DNA of 64,000 bases from an uncultured Verrucomicrobiae bacterium (GCA_963828525.1 CAWHEP010000014.1:96001-160000), one strand, 5' to 3'; positions 31,258-42,933 are shown, numbered from the stretch's first letter. Numbers and translations are program-made. The notes: generated by a model from the sequence alone, not told the origin.

Positions 31258-32400
31258 TCAGTCCAGCGTCTCGCGATAGCGTTTGATCCCGACGATCAGC
31301 ATCACTCCCGCGAACAGCGCGATCGGCCACAACTCCCGGCTAACCTCCGGCAGGCCATTGCCCTTCAACAGGATGCCGCGGACAATTCGCAAAAAGTGAG
31401 TTAACGGGAAAGCCTCTCCCACGAATTGCGCCCACCGCGGCATGCCACGGAAGGGGAACATGAAGCCGGAAAGGAGAATCGAGGGGAGAAAAACAAAAAA
31501 GGTCATCTGCATGGCCTGTAATTGATTCTTGGCGACCGTCGAGAAGGTGATCCCCATGGCCAGGTTCGCGGCGATAAAGACGAGAGCAACGACGAGCAGC
31601 AAAGGGATGCTGCCATGCATGGGCACATGAAAAAGCAGGCGGGCGGCGGTGAGGATGACGGCCACCTGTATGTAGCCGATGATGATGTAGGGGGTTATCT
31701 TTCCGATCAGCACTTCGCTGGGGCGAGTCGGCATCGCGAGGAGGTTCTCCATGGTGCCGCGTTCGCGTTCGCGGGTAATTGCAAGACCCGTGATCATGAT
31801 CATTGTCATGGTGAGGATCACTCCCATCAGCCCGGGGACGATGTTGTATTGGGTTATGGCTTCGGGATTGTAGAGCGAATGCACACGCAAATCGATCGGG
31901 CCGGGAGTGCCGTTCAGGAAGCCAAGCGCTCCCTTTAGATCGTTGCTAAACGCGTTGTCGATCAATGGCGTTAGCGCGCCGAGAGCGATCCCCGTGGCAG
32001 CGGGATCTGTCGCGTCAGCTTCGATAAGCACGGAAGGCCGATCTCCCCGCAGAAAATCGCGTGTGAAGTTCTGGGGGATATTTACGACGAATTGCGCGTC
32101 TCCGCGGGCGAGCAGATCGTGGCCTTCCCGCTCGGTTCGCGCCTGTTGAGTGAAGTTGAAGTAGGTGCTGTTTTGCAGGGCCGTCAACAGCGTTCGCGCC
32201 TGGGCGCCATTGTCCGCCATCAGAATGGCTGCCGGTAGGTGTCGCGGGTCTGAGTTGATGGCGTACCCGAAGAGGGTCAACTGAATCATGGGGATTCCCA
32301 GCATCATCGCAAACGTCAGGCGGTCTCGTCGCATCTGCGTGAACTCTTTCACGATGATGGCCCAGAGGCGTTGTGGCGAAAATGGCGGATGCCGTTTCAT
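31258..32400 (-). CDS. ABC-2 type exporter permease (YbhR/YbhS-like)
   Basis: KEFTQMRRD, LFGYAIN, RERERGTMENLL, LSGFMFP, PLTHFLRIVRGI. Confidence 0.9.
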   Translation of the reverse strand: MKRHPPFSPQRLWAIIVKEFTQMRRDRLTFAMMLGIPMIQLTLFGYAINSDPRHLPAAILMADNGAQARTLLTALQNSTYFNFTQQARTEREGHDLLARGDAQFVVNIPQNFTRDFLRGDRPSVLIEADATDPAATGIALGALTPLIDNAFSNDLKGALGFLNGTPGPIDLRVHSLYNPEAITQYNIVPGLMGVILTMTMIMITGLAITRERERGTMENLLAMPTRPSEVLIGKITPYIIIGYIQVAVILTAARLLFHVPMHGSIPLLLVVALVFIAANLAMGITFSTVAKNQLQAMQMTFFVFLPSILLSGFMFPFRGMPRWAQFVGEAFPLTHFLRIVRGILLKGNGLPEVSRELWPIALFAGVMLIVGIKRYRETLD

Positions 32401-33329
32401 TTGCCGAAATTGTCAGCCGATTTCTCCATCAGATGAATGAAGGCGTCTTCAAGTCCGGAGCGGATGTGTTCCCAGCGGAACGGTTGCTTTTGGTACGGAG
32501 CGATTGCCCTTTGAAGCGCGGCCTCGTCATCCCCGCTTACGTGAAGCATGTTACCGAAAGCCACCGCTTGCTGGATGCCGGGCTGTTTGCGAAGCTCTTC
32601 CGCGAGGGGGATCAGTCCGGGGCCGGACACAGACCAGGTGGTCAGTCGCGCGTGATCGATCACATCATCCACCGTGCCATGCGTGAGCAGGTTCCCGTAT
32701 GAAATGTAGGCGAGCCTGTGGCAACGCTCCGCTTCGTCCATGTAATGAGTCGTGATTAAGAACGTGAGGCCTTCCCCGGCGAGCACATGGATCTGTTCCC
32801 AAAAATCGCGGCGAGCCTTGGGATCGACGCCCGCCGTGGGCTCATCGAGGAGCAGAAGCTTCGGCTGGTGGATAAGGCATGCCGCAAGCGCGAGGCGTTG
32901 CTTCCAGCCACCTGAAAGCTGCCCGGCGAGTTGCTTGCGCCGCCCGGTCAAACCTAGCCTCTCGATGCTCTCTCCCACGGCCCCAGCGCGATTTTTCACG
33001 CCATACATCCGACCCACGAAATCCAGATTCTCCTGGATGCTCATGTCTTCCCAAAAACTGAAGCGCTGTGTCATGTATCCAACGTGCCGCTTGATCTCCT
33101 CGCTTTCGTCAATCACGTCGTAGCCAAGGCATGTGCCGCTCCCGGCGTCCGCGCGCAACAGCCCGCACAGCATGCGGATGAAGGTTGTCTTTCCGCTGCC
33201 GTTAGGCCCCAGGAAGCCGTAAATTTCGCCCGCGCGGACGCTTAAGGATATGTCATTCACGACCGTCCGCCCATCGAAGCTTTTGGTCATCCCGCGAACG
33301 TCGATGGCGAACTCCTCGGACACGGTCAT
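32397..33329 (-). CDS. ABC exporter ATP-binding protein
   Basis: GPNGSGKTT, LSGGWKQR, DEPTAGVDP, TTHYMDEAE. Confidence 0.92.
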   Translation of the reverse strand: MTVSEEFAIDVRGMTKSFDGRTVVNDISLSVRAGEIYGFLGPNGSGKTTFIRMLCGLLRADAGSGTCLGYDVIDESEEIKRHVGYMTQRFSFWEDMSIQENLDFVGRMYGVKNRAGAVGESIERLGLTGRRKQLAGQLSGGWKQRLALAACLIHQPKLLLLDEPTAGVDPKARRDFWEQIHVLAGEGLTFLITTHYMDEAERCHRLAYISYGNLLTHGTVDDVIDHARLTTWSVSGPGLIPLAEELRKQPGIQQAVAFGNMLHVSGDDEAALQRAIAPYQKQPFRWEHIRSGLEDAFIHLMEKSADNFGK

Positions 33330-34309
33330 GGCGCAAACTCCATATCCACGGGCTGGCCCGGATGCAGCTTTACCGAGGTCGCCGCGTCGAACCGCGCTTC
33401 AACCATAAAGACCAGTTTCCCGCGGCTTTCCTGGCTGTAGATCACAGGGGGCGTGTATTCCGCCTGCGGCGAAATGAAAGTGAGAGCGCCGATGAAAGGC
33501 TCATTGACCCCGTCCACAAATACGCGAGCGGTTTGCCCAAGGCGAAGGGCGCCCACGCGCGTTTCCGGCACAAAGGCCCGCACTTTTATATTGGCTGGCG
33601 GCAGCAGGGTTATTACTGGATGACCGGCTGACACCCACTCTCCCGGCCAGTACAGCGTATCGAACACCAGGCCGTCCAAAGGCGCGGTTTGTCGTTTTTG
33701 ATTCAGGCTCCACGTGGCTTGCGCGACGGACGCTTCGAGAGCGCGCGCGTTTGCCTCAGCCCCGGCTACCTGATCGTCGCGCGAGCCGAGGCGGGCTGTT
33801 GCCAGTTCCGCCTCCAACTGCGAAACGCGATGCTGGTCCTGATCGCGCGCCGAGCGCGCGCGATCAAAATCCTGGGCGGAGTTGACGCCGCGCCCGCTGA
33901 GGTCAGACTGGCGCTGGAACTCCTTTTCCGACAGCACAAGCGCTGCCCGGGCTTGCTTTAACTGTTGCTCCGCTGACTCGATCTCCACGGGGCGCTTGCC
34001 CTTCTTCAAGTCCTCCAGATTGGCCCGCCCCTGTCCGAGCTTGCGCGCGGCCTCATCGAGCGCCGCCATCTCAAGGCCGCGCTCGAGGGAGAAGAGCGGA
34101 GCGCCTGCTTTTACCTGCATGCCGCGCTGTACCTGGAGCGATTCCAATTGTCCCGCGAGGGGCGAGGCGACATACACGAACTCGCCTTCGACGTATCCCT
34201 GGAAGCGCTCTTTTACGGATCGATGGCAGCTTGCGCCAAGGAAGATCGCGGCGGCGAGGGCGACCGCGCGCCACGGCAAAAGATGGCTGGAGTGAAATCT
34301 GGCATTCAT
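33326..34309 (-). CDS. HlyD-family periplasmic adaptor (YbhG-like)
   Basis: GYVEGE, coiled-coil hairpin, ISPQAEYTPPVIYS, LHPGQPV. Confidence 0.88.
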   Translation of the reverse strand: MNARFHSSHLLPWRAVALAAAIFLGASCHRSVKERFQGYVEGEFVYVASPLAGQLESLQVQRGMQVKAGAPLFSLERGLEMAALDEAARKLGQGRANLEDLKKGKRPVEIESAEQQLKQARAALVLSEKEFQRQSDLSGRGVNSAQDFDRARSARDQDQHRVSQLEAELATARLGSRDDQVAGAEANARALEASVAQATWSLNQKRQTAPLDGLVFDTLYWPGEWVSAGHPVITLLPPANIKVRAFVPETRVGALRLGQTARVFVDGVNEPFIGALTFISPQAEYTPPVIYSQESRGKLVFMVEARFDAATSVKLHPGQPVDMEFAP

Positions 34310-34425
34310 CGTTCGTTTCGCCGCAGCTTGCGTAAGCGAGGCATAAATGAATCAGAATGGCATCTTCCCTCTTTCGCAAGCCATCCTTCCCCGCTACCAT
34401 CCTCGTTCCTCTCCGGAGCCACCAC

Positions 34426-37028
34426 ATGAGCGAGACGCGAAAACCATATCCATTCGACCTGATCGAGGCAAAATGGCAAGCCATTTGGGAGGAGAACTCC
34501 ACCTTTACCGTGCCGAATCCTGGGCAGCCGGGGTTCGATCCGTCAAAGCCGAAATATTACGTCCTCGACATGTTTCCCTATCCCAGTGGGGCGGGCTTGC
34601 ACGTCGGACATCCCGAGGGCTACACCGCCACTGATATTGTGTCCCGCTACAAACGAGCAAGGGGCTTCAATGTCTTGCACCCCATGGGCTGGGACGCGTT
34701 CGGATTGCCCGCCGAGCAATATGCCATCAAAACCGGCCAGCACCCCGAGGTGACTACCCGCGAGAATGTTGCCCGCTTCAGAGTGCAGCTAAAGAAAATC
34801 GGCTTTTCGTACGACTGGAAGCGCGAGGTGAATACCACCGATGTCGGCTATTACCGATGGACGCAGTGGATATTCCTGAAGATCTACAACGCGTGGTTTG
34901 ATCCAGCCTGCGGTAAGGCGCGGCTGATCGAGGAGTTGATCGCAGAGCGCAGGACGCAATTGCCCAACGAGTCGCCTGTTGAACTTGCGGCGTTCATCGA
35001 TTCTCACCGGCTCGCGTACGTCTCGGACGCTCCCGTAAACTGGTGCCCGGGTTTGGGCACCGTGCTCGCCAACGAAGAGGTCATCGACGGCAAGAGCGAA
35101 GTGGGCGGTTTCCCTGTCGAAAGGCGGCTGATGCGGCAATGGAAACTGCGCATCACCGCGTATGCGAGCCGCCTGATTGATGAACTGGAGGGGCTGGATT
35201 GGCCGGAGTCCATCAAGACATTGCAGCGGAACTGGATTGGGCGAAGCGAGGGAGCGGAGGTGATTTTCAAAACGGAGGAGGGCCAGGAGATTCCCGTTTT
35301 CACGACCCGTCCGGATACTTTGTTCGGCGCCACCTATCTGGTTCTTGCGCCAGAACATCCTCTCATCGACGTTTTAACTCTGCGCCTCCCGCCGCGAGTC
35401 TGTGGCCGGCATATCGCGGCGACGGTCGCGTCGAAGTCCGACCTGGACCGGACAGATCTCGCGAAAGAGAAGAGCGGCGTGTTTACCGGGGCTTACGCGG
35501 TGAATCCGGTAAACGGGGAACTGCGTTCCCATCTGGATCGCGGACTATGTGCTCATGAGTTATGGCTCAGGAGCGATCATGGCTGTTCCCGCGCATGATG
35601 AACGCGACTTCGAGTTCGCCCAAAAGTTCGGCCTGGAAATCCGGGAGGTGGTGCAGCCCGTCGGACGGGCCTTCGGCGGGATGCTTTACCGGGGAGGGCA
35701 TCGCTGTCAATTCACCTCTCTTCGATGGATTACCCACCGCCCGGGCAAAGGAAACGGTCATTCAGTGGCTGGAAGAGCGCTCCGCTGGCAGAAGGACGAT
35801 CAACTTCAAATTGCGGGACTGGCTCTTTTCCCGCCAGCGATACTGGGGAGAGCCGTTCCCGATCCTCTGGGAGGGCGGTCAGCATCGCGCCCTACTCGAG
35901 AGCGAACTTCCCCTTACGCCGCCTCCACTCGATGATTTTCGTCCATCCGGGTCCGGCGAGCCGCCGCTGGCGAAGGCGAAAGAATGGCTCCGATACAGCG
36001 CCACCGCGTCCCGCGAGACAAATACGATGCCGCAGTGGGCCGGGTCGTGTTGGTATTACCTGCGTTACTGTGACCCCCAAAATCCGGATGAGCCTTTCGG
36101 AAGCGAAGCGGAGCGTTATTGGATGGGGGCGGGGGATGGACGCCCTGGCGGCGTCGATCTTTATGTCGGGGGAACAGAGCACGCGGTGCTTCATCTTCTC
36201 TACGCGCGTTTCTGGCACAAGGTGATGTTTGACCTTGGGTATGTAGCCAAGCCCGAACCTTTTCAGCGGCTTGTAAACCAGGGAATCATTCTCGGCGAGG
36301 ACGGGCAGAAAATGTCCAAAGCGCGCGGCAATGTTGTCAATCCCGACGACGTGATCGCGGAATACGGCGCGGACGCTTTTCGGCTCTACGAGATGTTCAT
36401 GGGACCTCTTGAACAGATGAAGCCATGGAGCATTACAGGTGTTGAGGGCGTCTCACGTTTTCTCGCTCGGGTCTGGCGTCTTGTGATGGAAGAAAATCAA
36501 GCTGGCGAGTGGCAGCTTTCCGGTGCCGTGCGGGAATGCGCGATGGACAAGCAACAGCTTAAGTTGATGCATGCCTCCATCAAAAAGGTCACCGAAGACA
36601 TTGAGAGTCTCTCCTTCAACACAGCCATCTCCCAGATGATGATCTTCGTGAACGGGTTGACAACGGCTGCCGCGCGTCCCCTTGCGGCCATCCGTGTTCT
36701 CCTTCAAATATTAAATCCGTTCGCGCCGCACCTTACGGAGGAACTCTGGCGCGCCCTCGGCGAGCATCACTCCGGATTTACTGGCGCTGCTGCGGATACC
36801 CCGTGGCCTTCTCATAACGAAGAGTTTCTCGTTGAGGATGAAGTCGAGATCGTCGTGCAGGTGAACGGAAAGCTCCGGGATAAAATCATCTCGAAGAGAG
36901 ACGCTTCCAGGGACGAGGTGGAGCGTCAGGCGCTTGCAGCTCCGAAGGTGATGGAATTAACGGCTGGCAAAACACTCCGCAAGGTTGTCGTTGTACCCGG
37001 AAAACTCGTGAATATCGTAGTCTCCTGA
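34426..37028 (+). CDS. leuS: Leucine--tRNA ligase (several indels at ~35380-35660, probably sequencing errors)
   Basis: [14 protein letters not shown] (HIGH), [38 protein letters not shown]; spread over three frames. Confidence 0.95.
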
Positions 37029-37044
37029 GCGCCCCCGGCTGACG

Positions 37045-38154
37045 TCACTTCGCAAGCTTTTCAAGCAGCCGATCCACTTGCACATATTTTTCGATCATCG
37101 CCTGGATCGTGTCGATCTTCTCCATATCTTCGGGGAGAGTCTTCACAGTCATCGAGTAGATGGCATTGGCGACCGTGTAGCTGTCCAGCGGTGACCCGAT
37201 TGTCGGAACCTGCGATGCCTTGATGAGATCGATGACGCTTTGATGCGGGAACAAATCTCCCGATAAAACCATTCCGGCGATTGCCCCCTCATCTCCCTCG
37301 GCAAGGGTGCATGTGGACAGCGCGGCCAGGATGATGTCCTCGCGGTCTCCCGGAGTTATGACCAGGGTTCCAGGCGAGAAATACTCCATGACATGACTCG
37401 AGTTCATCGCCCCGATGATGATTTTCTTCACTCGCCGTCCCACCTCAATCTCGGTGTCGTTAATGAATCGGCCGTTCGTCTCCTTGCAGATCTGCCCCAG
37501 GGTGGCATTCGCCAAAAGCGGCTCCTGCGGGATGACCCCCAGCAAATCTATTCCCAGGCGGGCGAGCCCCTTGCCCGTGAACTCCATTATCTGCTCATAT
37601 TTTTCCGGGAGCACCTTGTTGGCGATCACGCCGACCATCTCGACTCCTTCCTTATCAAACAAAGCCTTGTTCAAGGCTACCTCGTCGATCGCCCTTCCAA
37701 TTCCGCCTTTTGTCACAAGCAGCACTTTGCTCGCAAGCAGGCTTGCCACTCGCGCGTTCGAGAGGTCGAACACGGAACCTACTCCCGCGTGGCCGGTGCC
37801 TTCGATGAGGACAAACTGCTTCTCCCAGGCCGTTCGGTCGAACGAGTTCTGGATCCTGCGCACAAGAAAATCTCCGTCAGACTTGGCGATGTATTTCCGG
37901 GTGAAGTCAGGTTCCACCGCGATCGGGCTCATCGCTTCCAGCGGCGTGTGCGAGCCGAACGTCCGATCGATCAACACCGAATCCTCATCGATCCTTTGTC
38001 CATCGATATCTACGAATCGCTGGCCCACGGGCTTGATGAAGCCTATCGCGCCGAGGCGTTTTCTAAGGGCAGCGAAGAGCCCCAGAGATGTCGTGGTCTT
38101 GCCGTCGTTCTGTTGAGTGGCAGCCACGAACAGACGAGGGGTAACCGTGTTCAT
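37045..38154 (-). CDS. BioD-like P-loop (AAA_26) + DRTGG domain protein, equivalent to the N-terminal half of long Pta
   Basis: NDGKTT, FIKPVG, LIEGTGH, LVITPGDREDI. Confidence 0.82.
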   Translation of the reverse strand: MNTVTPRLFVAATQQNDGKTTTSLGLFAALRKRLGAIGFIKPVGQRFVDIDGQRIDEDSVLIDRTFGSHTPLEAMSPIAVEPDFTRKYIAKSDGDFLVRRIQNSFDRTAWEKQFVLIEGTGHAGVGSVFDLSNARVASLLASKVLLVTKGGIGRAIDEVALNKALFDKEGVEMVGVIANKVLPEKYEQIMEFTGKGLARLGIDLLGVIPQEPLLANATLGQICKETNGRFINDTEIEVGRRVKKIIIGAMNSSHVMEYFSPGTLVITPGDREDIILAALSTCTLAEGDEGAIAGMVLSGDLFPHQSVIDLIKASQVPTIGSPLDSYTVANAIYSMTVKTLPEDMEKIDTIQAMIEKYVQVDRLLEKLAK

Positions 38155-38188
38155 TTGCCGCGCCCGCTTGAGGCAAAAGTCATTCTAG

Positions 38189-39253
38189 TCAGGATACCGT
38201 CTCCGCGGGTTCCCATTCCGCTTCGGTGGCAGGGTAGAGCTTGCGATACTCGATGGCTTGCAATCCCGCGATCGCCGCCACCCCCAATATATCGTCCACA
38301 GAAGCCGCGCGTGACACGTGCGCGCAGGGTTTGGAGAGCCCCAGCAGCAACTGTCCGTAAGTGCGGGCGCCGCCAAGATGCTGCACCAGTTTGACAGCGA
38401 TGTTGCCACTATTCAGGTCCGGGAAGATCAGGACATTCGCGTGTCCCGCCACCAGGCTGCCCGAAGCCTCCTTGCGCTCCGCCGGGTCTATCTGCAAAGC
38501 GGTATCCGCCTGCATTTCACCATCGATCTCCATCTCGAGTTTTGCCGCGTCGGCTCGTTGCCGGGCGAGCGCCACCGCTGCCGCCACGCGTTGCGCCTCA
38601 GGGTGCCTGGAACTCCCCTTGGTGGAAAAGCTAAGCATCGCGACTCTCGGCGTCATACCCGTTAGCTGCCGGCAGATCTGCCCGGACTGCACCGCGATAT
38701 TCGCCAGTTGATCGATGGAAGGTTCAGGGATTACGGCGCAGTCCGCGAAAAGCAGCACTCCCTCCGCGCCAAACTGCGCGTTCGGCGATTCAACAATCAT
38801 GCAACTGGATATCGACTCGACCCCGGGCAGTGGCTTTATCACCTGGATCAGGGGTCGCAGCAGAGAGCCAGGATATGCGCTCGCGCCGCCAACCAGCCCG
38901 TCGGCCTGTCCGTGCTGCACCATCATTGCCGCGAAATAGTTAGGCTGGACGACAATCTTGCTCGTCTCCGCCTTTCCCAAGTCCCTGTAGCGCCGCAGGC
39001 GTTCAAGCCGCTGGCTGAGCAGCGGCAAGTCTGAGGACTCGGCTGGATCCACAAGCCCTATATGCGCGAGATCGATCTTCTCCTCGGATGCGACGCGCTC
39101 AATCTCGGCCTGTTGCCCAAGCACGATTGCCGCTCCGAGACGCAGTTTGACAAATTTCTCCGCCGCTTTGAGAATCCGGGGTTCCGTCCCTTCAGGGAAG
39201 ACGATCCGCTTCGGATGCCGCGCCAACTTCGCAAAGACGGAATCGATAAACAT
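38189..39253 (-). CDS. pta: Phosphate acetyltransferase catalytic (PTA_PTB) protein
   Basis: RIVFPEG, FADCAV, RVAMLSFSTKGS, IDGEMQAD, ANVLIFPDLNSGNI, SR; a TTG start at 39265 is also possible. Confidence 0.82.
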   Translation of the reverse strand: MFIDSVFAKLARHPKRIVFPEGTEPRILKAAEKFVKLRLGAAIVLGQQAEIERVASEEKIDLAHIGLVDPAESSDLPLLSQRLERLRRYRDLGKAETSKIVVQPNYFAAMMVQHGQADGLVGGASAYPGSLLRPLIQVIKPLPGVESISSCMIVESPNAQFGAEGVLLFADCAVIPEPSIDQLANIAVQSGQICRQLTGMTPRVAMLSFSTKGSSRHPEAQRVAAAVALARQRADAAKLEMEIDGEMQADTALQIDPAERKEASGSLVAGHANVLIFPDLNSGNIAVKLVQHLGGARTYGQLLLGLSKPCAHVSRAASVDDILGVAAIAGLQAIEYRKLYPATEAEWEPAETVS

Positions 39254-39357
39254 AAGGAATGACAACGTTGTAGCGATTCAGGCGGAGACTCAAGCGAAAC
39301 ATGCCTTTCGGAGATAGTCCGCGTCCTGTCTTCTGATATCCTCCGCCAGGAGTTTTG

Positions 39358-40149
39358 ATGCCTTCAGATTACCATCTTCATACGCCTCTCTGTCACCACG
39401 CGACCGGCTTGCCCGTCGAATACGCGCAAGCCGCCATGGAGCAGGGGATTACAGAAATCGGTTTCGCCGATCATAACCCGATGCCGGAGAAGTTCGATGA
39501 CTGGCGCATGGATCTGGAGGACTTGCCTGCTTATCTGGACATGGTGCAGGAGGCCCGCGAGCGGTTTCCCGACTGCGTTATCCGGCTCGGGCTCGAATGC
39601 GACTTCATTCCAGGCCGGGAAGCATGGATTGAGAAACTGGCGGGCATGGCTGATTGGGATTACCTCATCGGCAGCGTCCATTATATTGCCCCAGGTTGGG
39701 ATGTGGACAATCCAAAGTGGATAGGCAAGTTTCGGCAGCAGCCTGTCGAAGAAATCTGGGCCCTCTATTGGAAAGCATACGCCGCTTGCATCCGCAGCGG
39801 CTTGTTCGACTTCGTTGCTCATCCCGATCTGGTGAAGAAATTCGGGTTCAGGCCGCCGGGCGATTTGCGGATGTACTACGAGGAAAGCATCTCCGCTGCC
39901 TCGTCCATGGATGTGCCGATTGAAATCAACACCGCTGGCCTGAGAAAAGAAGTTGGAGAAATATATCCTTCTGCCGGGTTTCTCCGCATGGCTTGCGAGG
40001 CTGGGGTGCCTACCTTGATCAATTCCGACGCGCATTGCCCCGACGAGGTCGGTTTCGGATTTGCCGCCGCGACGGAGGAGGCGCGGCGCGCTGGCTACCG
40101 CGAGACCGTCCGGTTTCACCGTCGCTGCCGGGCCAGCGTCTCTCTCTGA
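39358..40149 (+). CDS. Histidinol-phosphatase HisJ-family PHP hydrolase
   Basis: DYHLHT.LC.HA, FADH, GSVH, AHPDL, EINTAGL, NSDAH. Confidence 0.85.
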   Translation: MPSDYHLHTPLCHHATGLPVEYAQAAMEQGITEIGFADHNPMPEKFDDWRMDLEDLPAYLDMVQEARERFPDCVIRLGLECDFIPGREAWIEKLAGMADWDYLIGSVHYIAPGWDVDNPKWIGKFRQQPVEEIWALYWKAYAACIRSGLFDFVAHPDLVKKFGFRPPGDLRMYYEESISAASSMDVPIEINTAGLRKEVGEIYPSAGFLRMACEAGVPTLINSDAHCPDEVGFGFAAATEEARRAGYRETVRFHRRCRASVSL

Positions 40150-40222
40150 TCCATTGATTCGCGCGAAACTTCCACGAGACTTCGCTCGAGGTTCCGGGGT
40201 TCCACTTCAACAAGGAACCTAA

Positions 40223-40429
40223 ATGAAAAACCCAGTCGCTCTACTAGCCGTTGCCGCGTCACTAATTCTCAGCAGTTGCGCCGAAGAGGTCGTATATCGC
40301 CCCGGTCCTCCCCCTCCCGTCGTCGTGGAGACGCGAGGCTACCGCCCATATCCTGGCGCTGTCTGGGTGGGTGGCCGATGGGTTTGGCACCACCACTGGG
40401 TGTGGCGGCGCGGGCACTGGCGCTATTAG
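40223..40429 (+). CDS. Small YXWGXW-repeat lipoprotein
   Basis: Lipobox LSSC, PPPPVVVE, VWVGGRWVW...WRRGHW. Confidence 0.75.
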   Translation: MKNPVALLAVAASLILSSCAEEVVYRPGPPPPVVVETRGYRPYPGAVWVGGRWVWHHHWVWRRGHWRY

Positions 40430-40663
40430 GTCCGCTTGAATATCCGGGGAGGCAGCGGCTTGGTTCAGAGGTCGAGAGGAGCCCGTTCAGCAGCTTCTTC
40501 GACAGCTTAAAGCGCGAGTCGTTGCGGAGCGGGAGGTCGCGAGGTCCCTCCTGCGGCAAACCGGGGATTGCCAAAATCCAAAAGGCCGTTGCTCGAAGAT
40601 AGAGCCGCAGGTCGGCTTTGCGGTTAATTGCGTCCATTTCCCCGCGCAAATCGCATTGCAGGG

Positions 40664-41662
40664 GTGACCAAAATTGACCCAACGGCAAATACCTCTTCCT
40701 TTCGCGCCCGGGCTGCCAGGCGCCTGGTCGCCACGCGGCAACTGTTCGATTCGGATTATTTTCCGGAGGGGGTGGAAAAGATCCTCGAACAGCCCGACAA
40801 GTTCGATTTTTACCGATCAGTCTCCTTCATTATCCTTCACGTTGGCTGCCTCGGTGTGTTCTTTACGGGCTGGAGCAAGGTGGCCGTTATTACCGCTGTG
40901 GTTCTTTATGTCGTCCGAATGTTCGCGGTGACAGGGTTCTACCACCGCTATTTCGCGCACAGAACCTTCCGCACGTCACGATGGGCACAGTTTGCGTTTG
41001 CGCTGTTCGGGAATCTCTCCGCGCAGCGAGGCGCCCTCTGGTGGGCTTCTGTTCATCGCCACCATCATCAACACTCCGATGATGAGGAGGACGCGCATTC
41101 ACCCGGCATGCGCGGCTTTCTCTGGGCGCATATTGGCTGGATGACGAGCAATCGCAACTTTCCAACAGATTATGGCCGGATTAAGGATCTGGCGAAGTTT
41201 CCGGAGCTGGTGTTTCTCAATCGCTTCGATCTCATCGTGCCCGCTTGTTTCGCCGCCAGCTTGTACGGATTCGGAGAGTTGCTGCGAAGGGTTCAGCCCG
41301 GCTTGGGCACGAACGGCGCGCAGATGTTGGTGTGGGGATTCTTCATCAGCACTCTGGTGCTTCTTCATGCGACGCTCTCGATCAACTCCTTCGCCCATTC
41401 GTTCGGGAAACAGCGCTACGCGACGGGAGACGAAAGTCGCAACAGCCTTGTTCTTGCTCTGATTACCCTCGGTGAGGGCTGGCACAATAACCATCACCGC
41501 TGCATGAGTTCGGTTCGGCAGGGCTTCTACTGGTGGGAGATCGATCTCACTTACTATATGCTGAGGGCGCTCTCGTGGACCGGCATCATCTGGGATTTGC
41601 GCCCGGTCCCACAAAGCGCCTATCTCGACGCTGGCCGCGCGCAGGCTTCAAGCGCGAGTTGA
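40664..41662 (+). CDS. Delta-9-type membrane fatty acid (acyl-CoA) desaturase
   Basis: His boxes HRYFAH, HRHHH, HNNHH; GEGWHNNHH; GTG start inferred. Confidence 0.9.
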   Translation: MTKIDPTANTSSFRARAARRLVATRQLFDSDYFPEGVEKILEQPDKFDFYRSVSFIILHVGCLGVFFTGWSKVAVITAVVLYVVRMFAVTGFYHRYFAHRTFRTSRWAQFAFALFGNLSAQRGALWWASVHRHHHQHSDDEEDAHSPGMRGFLWAHIGWMTSNRNFPTDYGRIKDLAKFPELVFLNRFDLIVPACFAASLYGFGELLRRVQPGLGTNGAQMLVWGFFISTLVLLHATLSINSFAHSFGKQRYATGDESRNSLVLALITLGEGWHNNHHRCMSSVRQGFYWWEIDLTYYMLRALSWTGIIWDLRPVPQSAYLDAGRAQASSAS

Positions 41663-41665
41663 ACG

Positions 41666-42933
41666 GTGACCAGGGTGGCGATCATAGGCACGGGTGTGGC
41701 CGGTCTTGGATGCGCCCATTTTCTGCATCCCAGATTTGACATCACTCTGTATGAGCAGAACGACTACGCGGGGGGGCATACCAATACGGTTACCGCGAAT
41801 GAGGGCGGCGGGGGGATTCCTATCGACACTGGCTTCATGGTTTATAACGAGGTTACATACCCGAACCTCACGCGGCTTTTCCGCGAGCTGGATGTTAAGA
41901 GCAAGCCGGCGCCCATGTCATTCAGTGTGAAGCATGAACCGACAGGGCTGGAATACAACGGCCTGAATTTCAACACACTCTTCAGCCAGCGTCGCAACCT
42001 GGTGAATGTCCGCTTCATCAGGATGCTTTTGACCATCGGCCGTTTTTTCCGCGATTCGACGAGCGCGTTGCGTGATCCGGAGCTGGATATCCAAACGGTG
42101 GGTCAGTTCGTGGAGCAGCGGGGTTACGGGAAGGATTTTTTAGACCTTTACCTGCTGCCGATGAGTTCCGCCGTGTGGTCCACTCCTCCAGGCGCGATGC
42201 TGGAGTTTCCGGCGCTCTCTCTGCTTCGTTTTTTTTACAACCATGGTTTCCTGGGAGTGCAGACGCATCATCCATGGCGCACAGTTGTGAATGGCGCCAA
42301 ATCGTACGTGGAAAAGCTTGTTGCCCCGTTTCGCGACAAGATCAGGCTGGGTATTGGCGCCCGCCGCGTGACACGCGAGGAGGGGGCGCGCGCGTTACCG
42401 CGTGTGACGGGTCGAGCGCGATCTACGACAAAGTCGTTTTCGCGAGCCACGCTGATCAAACGCTGAGAATGCTTGGCGATCCGACGCGAATGGAGACGGA
42501 GTTGCTGGGCGAGTTTCGCTACCAGCCAAACACCGCAACCCTGCACACGGACACTTCGTTTATGCCGAGGACGCGCCGCTGTTGGGCATCATGGAATTAT
42601 CGCGTCGACAACGGGCCTCAGCGCCTGCCCTCCACTCACTATTGGATGAACAGCCTTCAGGGTGTGTCCGATCGGGAAAACTATTTCGTTTCCTTGAACG
42701 CGCATGAACAGGTCGCCCCGGAAAAGGTCATAAAACGGATCGAATACGAGCACCCGGTATTCAGCTTGGGCGCCATCAAAGCGCAGGAAAAGCTGCCAGA
42801 TCTGAACCGGGTCGCGCCTGATCAAACCACCTACTTCTGCGGGAGCTACTTCAAATACGGCTTCCACGAGGATGCGTTCACATCAGGGCTGGAGTGCGCG
42901 CGCGACATCACGCAAGAGGCGCTTTGGGCATGA
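41666..42933 (+). CDS. FAD-dependent oxidoreductase (amine-oxidase-like, UfaD-like); frameshift in the G-run near 42385
   Basis: GTGVAG dinucleotide fold, GGHTNT, DTGFMVYN..YPNL, WASWNY, YGFHED. Confidence 0.85.

Noticed and set aside
34426..37028. leuS as a naturally split (alpha/beta) or recoded gene
   Set aside because: Breaks are multiple, clustered and fall inside conserved motifs with no new start/SD; this matches the indel noise elsewhere.
40269..40688. Minus-strand ORF between the YXWGXW lipoprotein and the desaturase
   Set aside because: It overlaps both neighbours and has no recognisable motif; cannot be supported.
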